Shown here: positions 15,849-27,922 of the stretch, piece after piece
Layout: the number at the start of each line of letters is the position of its first letter
How positions within the stretch are numbered: position 1 is the stretch's first letter
Assembly (NCBI GenBank): GCA_964304625.1
Contig: OZ199838.1
Location: 11,053,607-11,117,606 of the forward strand
Length of the DNA stretch: 64,000 bases
Source: Kudoa neothunni
Lineage: Eukaryota > Animalia > Cnidaria
Direction: 5' to 3'
The notes under the pieces: generated by a model
What the model was told of the DNA's origin: nothing
The model's database searches: none
The model's input: the letters and a program-made list of their open reading frames with translations, nothing else
Translations under genes and position numbers: made by a program

Positions 15849-17879
15849 ATGAAAATATTATTTCCAAAGTAATAAATTTGCTGGAATGTTCATGCACATG
15901 TGCGTACGCATGTTATACGAAACGACATGATTTGATAAATAAAAATGATTTCCACGCTATTATTAACTCATATAAAACATTAAATAATAATTCTCATTTT
16001 ATAGTTGTGATCAATACGACAATCAAAAGTAATATTTAGAGAAAACTATGCGCATGCGTGACGATAAATCTCCCATGTTATGCAAGAAAACAGAAATATA
16101 TATTTTAACATCATTTTTGGAGTTTTTCATTAAAATGTTAAATTTTTAGTATTGTTCGTTTTTAGTGGCGAAATTATCCTTAAAATCAGAAAAATAGGCT
16201 TTTGTTTTGAAAGATATTTTATCAACGATAGACGATGATGTTATTTGTATGATGTCTCGACCTAATGCTAAAAAATCTAATTTTTAATTGATTTTATTTC
16301 AAAAAGAGAAAGTGTTAAAAACTCATGTTTTAGTTTGTCTTTTCATTCGTATCAAGAAAATTTGAAATATCATTAATAATCGTCTTTAATATTTCTGTAT
16401 TTGTTTATGCCAATATTTTGTAATTTGAAAAAGAGACGAAAAGCAAGATTATGGTTTATTTTTAACTTTTTCCGGCGCTTCTAAAGTTTAAATATTTTTA
16501 TAATTTTATCTGTTTGATCAAAAGAAAAATTAAGTATCCCATCATTAATACTGCTTTATAAAACAGATATGCGTACATTGTAACTTGAATTTATCTCATC
16601 GCACAACTTGGATAGACATATTAAAGAATTTAACTCGATTTCAATGGAGAAATCCTAAAGGAAAGTAAAATATTTTAAAATATATTTTAGAAAAATCAAT
16701 AATTCATGTAAAGATTTTTTTATAAATTAAAACAATCAGGTAAGTTTGACATTAATTCATGTTGACTTTACAAAAAACTCTGCTATATATTAGCTTTGGA
16801 ATATTATTGACGACACAATACGCAGTTGTATAAACTACAGACACCTAAGATCCAAGATACTCGAATCTCTTGTTTGTACCCTGTAATATTTTTAATAGTA
16901 GACGAGCGATAATATGTTAGACTTTTCAGTTTTTAAATAGGAAAGCTATAACTTCCATATAGGGATGTTTTATACTAAAAAATTTAGCGTGTACTACCTA
17001 CCCTTTGTATTTCACAGTGGATTGATTAGGTGCGAAAAACGTAGCACTCTACGATATGTTAGTGGAGAATTTTAATGTTTTTATATTTTTTACGTTTATA
17101 TCATTTTTTTCAATATTAATACAAATATATAATTAAATGTCATCTTTCTTATTAAAATATGGCGTAATTATACAATCATTCAATCATCCATATGCAACAC
17201 AATTTATGCACAAGAGGTCGTTGGAGAACAAAAATGTAGAAATATTTTAGTTATTTCATCCATTTTTTATATTGGTCAAGTATATGTTTAAATATGCATT
17301 ATTTTTTAAAACATCATAGAAACTTTGGATGTGAAAATTTTTAGATCCTTTAATTTCTTGTATATTACAAAATCATCTTTTTGGGGGAGACAATTCGAGG
17401 TTTTGCTACTTCGTATATAAATGGTCTAAATTGTAAAATCTATTTTGTATAATTATATAATCGTAAAATAGATCAATGTCTCGTCAGATCAATTTATAAT
17501 TCAATTCGTTGGCAGGTTTTGAAACTCCCTAACCCCCCCCCCCCCCCCCCCAATATTATAATATACGGGGTTTTAAATTGAAATAATCATAAATTATTCC
17601 ACAATATGAATATCAGAATTCTGGCTAATTTTACCGATTTGCGAATTATAAGCTATAAAAGCGATCATTACAATTACTAATTTTTGAGACATTTTGACAA
17701 TGTATTTATCTAGCAACAAACATTTAAATCGTATTATTAATTTTATTCTCTTATTTCTTAACAATTATTAATTTGGTGCAATAAATCTTAATTTTTTTAA
17801 TAAAATTTTAAATTTACTGCTATTGAAACCATTAATGGGTTAATGTTTACTCAACTTCTGTAGATAGTGCGTACGCAAC

Positions 17880-18517
17880 ATGGAGAGCATAGGTCATGAG
17901 GTGGATCATTCTGATAGTATTACTCTAACATGCGATTGTGAAGTTGTAAAAATATTCTAGGTGCATTGAACAAATTAAAAGCATCAGCCACAACACGAAA
18001 GGGTCGTGGATTTCGAAGTAATGACTTATATTGGTTTGGTTTTTTTATTCAGCTTCAATTTCATTCGCAGATATCGAGATTGAGAGTGAAAGTAATTATG
18101 AGGATGTTGAGTCAGCTAATGTGGTTGGACCTGCCAGATGTATGTGCATAGATGTAAAGGTGGGTGTGTTTAAGTGCTAATTCTAGCTGTGGAAGGATGG
18201 ATAATCTTTGTCAGTGGTGTGCACAAAGAAGCCACCGATGAGGATATTCACAATGCCTTTGCTGATTACGGTCCAATTAAAAATCTTCATATGAATATTG
18301 AAAGACGTACTGGTTTTGTGAAAGTGAGTTGATTAGTGAGTGTACCTTGAGCAATAGTCAAACACGTTATATTTAGGGTTATGCGCTGATCGAATATGAA
18401 AGTTATAAGGAAGCAGAAGCGGCCATAAAATCTAAAAATAATACTCAACTTTTGGAACAAACTATTTATGTAGATTGGGCTTTTGGAACCAGTCCGTATA
18501 AGGTGTCCTCCAAATGA
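17880..18517 (+). CDS. RBM8A: RNA-binding protein 8A (Y14, exon-junction complex), 5 exons
   Basis: Spliced product contains [69 protein letters not shown] and IYVDWAF. Confidence 0.95.
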
Positions 18518-19237
18518 TAGTTTAAGACAAATCGATTGAACTATTTTGTCAATGATCGTGCATATATCGATGTTTGGATTTATTATTGTTTTTTCAATTG
18601 CGTAACAAATAACTCTAAATTTTTCATGGTTGCGCTTTTTGGACAATTTTACAATAGTAGAATGTAATGTTAACAGTTTGTGCTTCAACATATTTCTTAT
18701 TAATGTCGTGGTCGTACTCAGTAAACGATTATTTATTTATTTTTGCAAGAAGTGCGTGACTTGATCGTAGAAAATTCCCACGTCTGTGATATTTTTATCA
18801 ATTCTTGATACTCCCAATGCATTTTTTGTAATAATTTTCCAACTGAGTCCAAATTGAAATGTAGTTGGACTTGTATATAATGTGACTTGCTACATTGTGA
18901 TTTTGAATTTGAACGTCGGTTTTATTAATTTTGGAATTACGGAAGTTCAATTTTATTACTTTTTACGATAATAAATATAGGGAGAAAGTTTAAAATAATT
19001 TTTTAAAGCCCAATAATGTTCTCCTATAGCGAGGTTGCCTCCATAATGTAGCTTTTTGAGGTTGTTTACTTGAAATAACGATATTTCAGAATAGCTAGAA
19101 AAATTTCATTGTTGGTATAACGCATGAACTCGATTTCCGTAAATCTAGAAAAGACACCAGAGAAGGAAAGACACAAAAAGTTAAAAAATGTAACCTTTGC
19201 GGTATTTTATTTCTCTAATGCAAAGATAGGACAAATG

Positions 19238-21066
19238 CAGTCGAGATTGGATATTGCGTGGTTCGGTATTTCGTATTTTAAGATTTTCATTATGAAAATA
19301 ATTACATTGGAAATTAATTTGAAATAATTATCATTATTTCATTTAATAAATTAGTAATAAACAATAAAAATAAAAAAATATTCTTTCTATGTACCTCCGA
19401 CTCAGTATTGCGTGACGAAAAAATCAATATGACTCGATATTGCGTGATTTTACCCTCAATATATGGAGAAAAAAGTGTGATATTTTCGAGAAAATTAGAA
19501 TAATACGGTATTTAACCTCAATAAAAACAATCGAAGGTGCCATCAAAATTGCGATTAAAAAATTTATCCTTAATGGTATGGTTATTTTTGTTATATCTGA
19601 ACATATATATATATATATATATTCGATGACATTCAATGCTGACAGAATTCCTTCTTATGAAATCAAGCTGAAAAATTCAGATGTTGCTGGAAATAGGAAT
19701 GGCATTTAAATAAAGATTCATCAGCACAAGTGAAGAGATTTATCAATGGTTTATCAAAAGTCGCACGAATGATCACATTATTTCTGGAGACTTATTCTTA
19801 AAATGTTTATTATCATTGCGAAAAATAATAAAGTTCAAAATTATAAGGAACGCAAAGGATGTGTAGTGGTGTTTGAAAAAAAAGGAATCATTTTTAAACA
19901 TTTTCATGGTGAAGCTGGGAGCATTATTCTTGCATCTATTAATTAGTGGGTCTATGAAAATAAAAATTTGATTATCACCTATAAGCCAAGAGATATAATA
20001 AATATTAATGATACCGCTATGTTTTATGAGTAAGTACAGAACAGCAGTTACGTATTAAGGGAAGGAAAGTGACCATTATCAATAATTGGAAAATACTGAA
20101 ATCCTAGGTGCTTCAAGGGGGCTAAAACATACCCTATGAGTGTTGTTCTCCAAAAAATTCCTCGATGAATTTGTCCATATTTTTCAGGCAAAGAACATAA
20201 AAACGCTAATCTTGCTTAGCCAGTGCCCAACACATCCAAAAGAAATCTTTTTTTTTGGCAATATAAAAATTTTTTAACTGAAAAATACAACAGTTATTTT
20301 CCAACAAATCCATCTAAGGGTGATTTCATTGTTTTAAAATTAGAAAAAAAATGTGTACTCATTATATATTATTTGATGATTCATCAAATTCTAAATACAC
20401 TTTACTTGATGCAATTTTAACTCCAAATAGCATGGAACTGCATCACAACAAAAATTAATGTGAACATTTCAAAATATCCAATATATATTATAAAAATAAA
20501 AGCTAATGCGAACATTTAAAATTATATCTATTGTGTTAGGACAAGGAGACGGAAAGAGATGATACAAATGATAAAAAGTACCAAATTATAAATTAAAACC
20601 AAACTTTTAAAATTTTTATTATTGATGATAACAAGGAAGATTACCTTTAATGGTGGCATCGTTCATAATTGTGAAGATGAAAATTACAATTTGCATCAAC
20701 CACAAAATCCCAATTCAATGTGAAATAGAATCTGATGATGTAAAAACAAAAGTTTCGATAAAAGATGTTAGATAGGCAGTAAGTATATTAAGAAAAGCAT
20801 TTATTCAAGAATCTGCATCTTTAATCTTAGTTCTCACACCGATAATGAATCTAATATTTAAATTATCATCTAAAAAACGACATCAATTGAAAATTATTTC
20901 ATTTGTTTATAAAAATCGACATTTTTGTTCTTTTTGACTTGAAATGCTTTTCTTATATATAAGATAATTAATTATCATTGACCAGAACTAAGATAAACGC
21001 GTAAAACCTTTTTAATGCCTAATTTTTTAGCACTCCCAAAAGTTACACAATATCCAATCTCGACTG
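19238..21066 (+). mobile_element. Decayed pogo/Tigger (Tc1-mariner superfamily) transposon
   Basis: Inverted termini CAGTCGAGATTGGATATTG (19238) and CAATATCCAATCTCGACTG (21066), with subterminal TATTGCGTGA repeats. Broken transposase motifs FKHFHGEAGS, YKPRDIININDTAMFY and IGKY*NPRCFKG. Confidence 0.8.
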
Positions 21067-22519
21067 AACTACCCAACGGACTGGATTATTATTTAGAAAA
21101 TATATTTGGTCAAATAAATCTGAAAACGACTTGTTTAATTCTTTAATATTAAAATAACCTAGACTGCTTTTTAATTAAAATCAAAATCATAATTTTTGAG
21201 CATCAACTCGTTTATTGCATCCCCAATAGAGAATATCTGATCTATAGGCTTATCACATAGTAAAGACCGTGTCCATTTACCAAGTAACGGGTCATTAATC
21301 GCATACATTATTAAAATCCACAATTATATTAATCGCAAAAGTTTTGTATTCACTCTAAATTAGTGCTTCCCGCCATTTTTTCTTGAAAAAAAGTTCGGTG
21401 CACCACTTCTCTCAAAAGAATTGATTTTTTTAAACTTGACCTGTTGATAGCTTTGAATAAAACTTCTACCACATTACAATTTGACGTCAATTAATTTATA
21501 TTTCTCTCCTCATTAAAATGTGTTCGGGAAGATATAACTTAATTCATCGATGGACCTTAAAAATTAACATATTTAGTTCTTCATTCCGCCGAAAACAGCA
21601 TCATGTGAACCTCGGGATAATCCAATCTTCATTAGGAAAGACTTTTCTATATAAGGGGTTTATAATCTGAAAATTAATCAATATTATATTAGGTTAGGTT
21701 ATATCAAAAAAGGGATATATGATTCTAAAAGAGACAAGATTGAGATTCAAACCATTCAGATTCTATTCGAGTGAAGGGCACGTTAAATATTATTATTATT
21801 CATTTTTTTATAATTAGTCATTGCATTTGTATTTTTTATGATATTAACCGTCACTCAAAAATAAGCGATATTGACTTCAAAGTACGTCATACTGCCCAAT
21901 TATCTCACCATTATCTGTCACATCAATACTCAGGATTTTTCGCATCCCACCAGAGCGGTTCACTAAACGTTCAGTAATTTCTATGCTAAACCAAAATTTT
22001 TCACGCCTCACGTTGGAAACATTGCTAAAAACAGTGATAAGAAATCTCAACTACGCAGACCGGAAAACGTTATAGCTAGCCTATACTTTAAAGTACTCGC
22101 TATTCCTTACCGTAAGGATAGTCACTACGAGCTATTGTATTTACACCTATACTCCGAAACAACTTACAGGCGGCTTGCTGTTGGGTCATTTGGTCGTAAA
22201 AACTGTTAATCCGTCATAAATACTTAATCTGACACAGAAAAGTGTGGAGATATTCCTTATTAACAAAATAAAATCCAAGTAACTCTATTAAGTAATATTT
22301 ATAACTGCCTTACACTTAGATCGAAAATAGCACCGATATTTTGATGTTAATCAATAAATTTCTGAATTATATAGCCAACTAAACTAACTAAAAAATCCCC
22401 ATAAAGTAATAACAGAGTAGGCTCAGCAAAACGAGTCAAAGAAACCCCATGAAATAAAAAATATTAAACATGTGAGGGGGAAGTATTCAATAAATGATTA
22501 ATAGTTGGCCAGAGTCAAC

Positions 22520-23585
22520 TTAAATTTTAGCCATCTCGGACACAACTTTTTTGTATTTTCCAACTAGTTCTTTCCAATTAACGTTGTAATCTTTTTCGGT
22601 GGATGCAATAGCTTCTTTTACTGTCAATATTTTGGAGGAATAACGTTTGACGTGCTTTTCTACAAGATCAAAATTTTCACGATTCTCCATGAAACATCTA
22701 AAAAGTATCATATGCGAACAACCATTAATGTCACGTACATCAACATGCTTGAGAGAATATCCAAACCAATGTCATCCATGAGAAGGGCGGCCGCTAATTG
22801 GGCCGCTGGATAAATAAGAATGAGATCGGTCGTTATAAGAAAAAAAGCTTCGTTCATTGACTTATAACGAAGCTTCATCACAAAGTGATTCCTCGAGATA
22901 TCATCATGTCGTGGACCACTACTGCTTTCTAAAAGCATATTTACATTAGTCAACACATTAAAAAATGACTAAATACCTTGCTGATTTTCGCTAGAAAAGT
23001 ATGCTGAATCACTTTTTTCATCGGCGCTAGCTTTATTGTTCATATAAAATTCGTATTGCAGTAAGAGGCCATCAATCGCCGCAAATATCGAAGAATGGTT
23101 CAGATCAAAATTCATATTTTTCAACACCTCAACTTCCTTTAGCACAAAATCCTCGCGGTAACTTCTGTAACCTTCAGGGAGCATTTTTATGTATGAACTT
23201 ATGGACATGTAATTATGTTCCACTTTCGCAGAAATATAAAAACACAGATAGCACACAAATAGTGGATCATATTTGTAGATGGATGACTTCAAATAGAATA
23301 TCCTGATGAAATAGCATGCACTGCTGTAAACTGAGGTGGGAAATGATGCTTTGGCTTTTTTGAGAAAATAATCCACAACATCTCTCTGATAATAACTCAC
23401 CAGAAGAGCTTCTTCCGACACAGTCAACAGGTTGCATTTTGGTTCACTAAACGAATCGATTGAAATCAGCTGCTAAAAGCATTAACGATTAGTCACATTT
23501 GTATTTGATCTATCTGCGACCGTAACTGATCTAATTCTTCCTTAGTTCTATATCTCGCAATAGATTTACGTTTAGAGATTTTCAT
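22520..23585 (-). CDS. CCNH: Cyclin H (CAK/TFIIH), with short introns
   Basis: EELDQLR in the N-terminus; cyclin box FPTSVYSSACYFIRIFYLKSSIYKYDPLFVCYLCFYISAKVE; EVEVLKNMNFDL; TTDLILIYPAAQLAAALL. These match cyclin H. Confidence 0.88.
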
Positions 23586-24896
23586 ATTGGTGAATTTAAA
23601 TATTTGGGATTAATTTTATCAAACTTATAAAACGCAAACCACAAATAACCGGTTGGAGACAGTTGGCGATATAAGTGTACCGACGCCTTTTATTAACTTT
23701 GCCGACCACATACGACATGATTATTATCGATTTTCTATGCATCATTCCTATTGAATTCGTATGTTTGGAATTTAGCATAGGTTGATAATGTGGCATATCC
23801 ATAGTTATGTTATTATTGTTTAAATCTAATGAGGATTCAACGCCATCCTCATAACATTGGTTTACCGCTCCCGATATAAATAAGTCTCGTTATATTAGCA
23901 ATCACTACTTATTAATATTGTATATAATTATCAGTTTTGATCTTTCACTCAGTGATTAAAACGGCATAAAAATCTATACCATAAATACAGCGTAGATGAG
24001 CCGAATAAAAACGTTATTTTTAACTCGTCATCCATTAATCATTTTATCGGTATTAAATTTAGTTAAATATAAACTCGTTCTTAACATGAATGTAAGTCAC
24101 ATCAACACCAAATCCCATTATAAGCTGTAGAGCTGGCGTGAAACTATTTTCTGATAGGAATTATCCGACTTGATTGAATGTGGTCAATGAACCCTAATTA
24201 GATAAGAATGTGAATTTAACGTGTAGGCTCTGACGTTAGCTTCTGCCAGTCTATCTCTATGTGAAATATGTTCTGCTCCATACATTTTCCCAAAATTTAA
24301 ATTTATATCTAATGAGAAAAATTTATTCTCATTGGGGGTTTGATACGTCGGTTAAGCAGCTATCCATGTTAAGTGGAGCTTACATTTAACCAGTTAACGT
24401 AAAGCTCATAAACGTAATTAATTCTAATGTTAGTATAAAGTTTGATTCATAGTGCTGTATACGCTTGAGTCGCTGTCATTTATAATCCCAACGACTAGCA
24501 TTTATAAGTGATATAAGAAATCTGTTAGCTATAGTCTGATATAATGAATCATTTTCATACTATTATGACCGTTTTTAGCTCAAAGATAATTAAGTACAAT
24601 TAATAATCTGTATGGCCTGAATATTATTCACTGTGCCAATAGTCGATTCTCACAAGCATGATAAAAAGGATACTTAATCCTTTACATGTGTCACATCGTA
24701 GATAAATGGATTAAAAACTAGAATGAATTATCAAACATTATGTCAACTGGGAACACGCTATCTATACGATAATTCATTGTACTAAAATCAGAGTGGCATA
24801 AATCTAACATAACGATGAATCAGCATATATTATTGACTCGGAAAATTTTTCGCTCAAAAATCTATCGAAAATAACCAATTTGCCTCATAATTTTTT

Positions 24897-27800
24897 GGAA
24901 GTGGCTATATCTCAGGTAATCAATATCTCTGAAACTACTCAATATTGTATTCCCATATTTCACATACCATCTAATGTTTATCTAACTTAGTTTTTCGTAA
25001 AGTTTTGAAAAATTAAAAAAAATAAATATATTTTTTCTTTGTGTGATCGTGTGATCATACACAAGTCTAACAGCAGCTGGGTACGATTATTTATTTTTTT
25101 AATATAATTTCGTCAATTAACATCATTATACACAAAATATAGAAATAATAATAAAGTTCTGAGTTATCTATAACTTTGTCGCGCAATTTTTATTTTTCTT
25201 TCTGATTAGCGTGGCGCAGGATTAGTTCAAATATGTTTGCAATTGGAAAACGATTTCATTCTTTCGAGGAACTTGATAATAATATAAAAAATTACGAAGA
25301 GTCAAACTTTTGCAATCTTTATAAATATCAAGCGAGGATTATTTCGAATATTCGAAATAGAATTACAAAATCAATTAACCAATCTCTGCGGTATTATGAA
25401 ATTACATATCGTTGTGTTTTCAGTGGCAAGAATAAAACAGAATCCGATGGAGTTAGAAACAAACCGACATTAAAGGGAAACTGCCCCGTGGTTTTATCTC
25501 TTAGGACCTCTGTTGATAGTGTAGCACTTGAAGTACATTCTAGTATATTAGAACATAAACATGATTTAAGTGCAGTGCTATATCGAAATCTACCAAAACA
25601 ACGAAAAATTGACCTAAATGACCTAAATCTCGTAGAATTAATTCACCTTAGGGCCAATAAAAAATTAATTCAAAATAAAATTTACAACGAAAAGGGTAAA
25701 AACATCCGTTAAAATCCATCCACAATATTAGAGAAAACAAAGACTCGTTCTGTGATAACCTATGTGTAATAAAGAAAATATTGAAAGATTTCAAATGTTA
25801 CGTTAAGATTTTACATGATAAACATAAAGTCGTTAATGGAACTTTTTTCGCTGACGACAAAGTGAAATCATTTTTGGAATTTTATCCTGAGGTTATGTTC
25901 ATTGATGCAACTAATAAACTCCTTAATTCAAGGTAACTTTTGGAAATGGATGAATAATTTTATATTTTAGAGCCCCGTTATACATATCTGCTGGGGAGGA
26001 TTCTTTTGGTTTGACTCATATTTCGAGTGCCTGTATTCTCTACGAAGAGACGGAAGATTCCACCTAATGGTTTTGTAATACTTTGGCAGAATTGATACCA
26101 AACTTAGCAAAAAATGTACATACCATTTTTACAGACAAGGATGAAAAGCTAGGAAAATATCTCAAATTAAGTTTTCCACAATCATCATTCATTTTATGTA
26201 AATTTCATTTGAATCAAATTTTTCAAAGACATATCACCGTTAACAAATTTGAAATATCTTCTACTAAAAGACAAGAGTTTTTAAGTTGTTTACAAAAAAT
26301 GGTGTACTCGACTGATTACAATGAATATTTTCATTATGTTGACCAAATTCACGATTTTAAAAATACCAAATTAAGTGAATATTGCCAAAGAAATTGGGAA
26401 GGAATATACAATGAATGGGTTATTGGTATTAGCAATACGAAAAATTTTTACGACAGCGAAACCAATAATCGCCTTGAAGTAATAAATTCCAAAATGAAAA
26501 GTGTTGTCCAAAAATTCAGCTCGTTGGCCAACTTCATCCAAGGTTTTTTTTAATTCTAAGTTCAATTAGAATTGAAAGGGAAGTTTCTTCAATTAATCAA
26601 CTGTATTATGAATCAAATGAGATTCTCAACAACAAGCAGGTTCTACATTGTAAAGAATGTCTGACGAAGTATGCACTTATCAGGCTTCAAAAAGAACTTA
26701 AATTCTTGGACAATGCTGCATTATCCTCTAACTCAAATGAAACCACAAATCAATCAACGTGTCTTTGTTTATTTTATCGCCCATTTTCATTACCATGTCG
26801 CAATATTCTAAGCTATAGGTTATTAGAAAAACTTCCGTTATTCCGTAAAACATTGTGCAATGATCGATGGAAAAAGGCATATGGAACGAAGTTTTTAAAT
26901 GCGGTATCTACAACTCAAAATAATACAGAAAATCTTCCTACTGTTGTTCTTGAAAAGAAAAAAATTAACATAAAGACATTTGGACAAAAGTTGAAGTACG
27001 CGTCAAATTTTACAACCAAACCAACCAACACAACTTCCGAATTTTGCGGAGAATTTTTCGAAAAATCAATAAATCTATTGGAAAAAATAATTAGAAGTCA
27101 CGATGTCATGGTTATCGATCAGTTCCTTGATACATATGATTTTTGTTTATAAATGGAATATTAAATTTTATATAATTAAAGATGAAACTGAATTTCAAGA
27201 AAATGTGTAAAATTTACAATTTTACTTTAACTATTAAAATTAGGAGTCATCGAGAAATTTAATAGAAGTCTCAACTACCAAAATACCAAAAATTAATTCC
27301 AATGATGATTTTGGTCCTCTAGAAGAACAAATTGATTGTAACGATGAATCAAACGCCATCGTAGAACCTCAAGTAAACGGTTAAACTTTAAAAAATATGT
27401 TAATTTTTGTTTAGATCTAGTGATTCCTTCTAAAGTTAAATCGATTGGCCGACCACGAGGAAGTCGTTTAACTGCAATCGGAATTAAAAAGAAAAAGAAA
27501 TAAAATTATAAATTTGAATATATAAACAAAATTAATTATGAGAATAATCCCCTACATGTGTCATATGAAAACTGTTTTATTGAGTGATCGCTTAAACTAA
27601 TATTTAAATTCATTATTAGTTTTATTTCATATAACGTGAAGAATATAATTTCTTAAAAAATACAAATATTATTATTATTTCTATATTTTGTGTATAATGA
27701 TGTTAATTGACGAAATTATATTAAAAAAATAAATAGTCGTACCCAGCTGCTGTTGGACTTGTGTATGATCACACGATCACACAAAGAAAAAATATTTTTT

Positions 27801-27922
27801 TTTTAATTTTTCAAAACTTTACGAAAAATTAAGTTAGATAAACATTAGATGATATGTGGAATATGGGAATACAATATTGAGTAGTTTCAGAGATATTGAT
27901 TACCTGAGATATAGCCACTACC
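24897..27922 (+). mobile_element. Mutator-like (MULE) DNA transposon, complete, with ~255-bp TIRs and a 9-bp TSD
   Basis: 24897-~25152 is a near-perfect inverted repeat of ~27670-27922. Both flanks read TAATTTTTT (24888-24896 and 27923-27931). Confidence 0.95.
25233..27503 (+). pseudogene. MULE transposase (ZSWIM3-like: FAR1-type N-terminus, DDE core, SWIM finger, C-terminal AT-hook), disrupted
   Basis: Motifs YPEVMFIDAT, IFTDKD, FILCKFHL, TNNRLEVIN, CLCLFYRPFSLPCRNIL and IGRPRGS. Frameshift near 25705, in-frame stop near 26066, and GT-AG introns. Confidence 0.88.

Noticed and set aside
17533-17551. C19 homopolymer (G-quadruplex potential)
   Set aside because: Isolated, probably a repeat remnant, and its length is unreliable.
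18287-18691. 134-aa minus-strand ORF
   Set aside because: Antisense shadow of RBM8A exons and its 3' UTR, with no motif.
23596-24300. Open minus-strand frame just upstream of cyclin H
   Set aside because: No recognisable motif, and neighbouring frames are broken by stops. A gene call cannot be supported.
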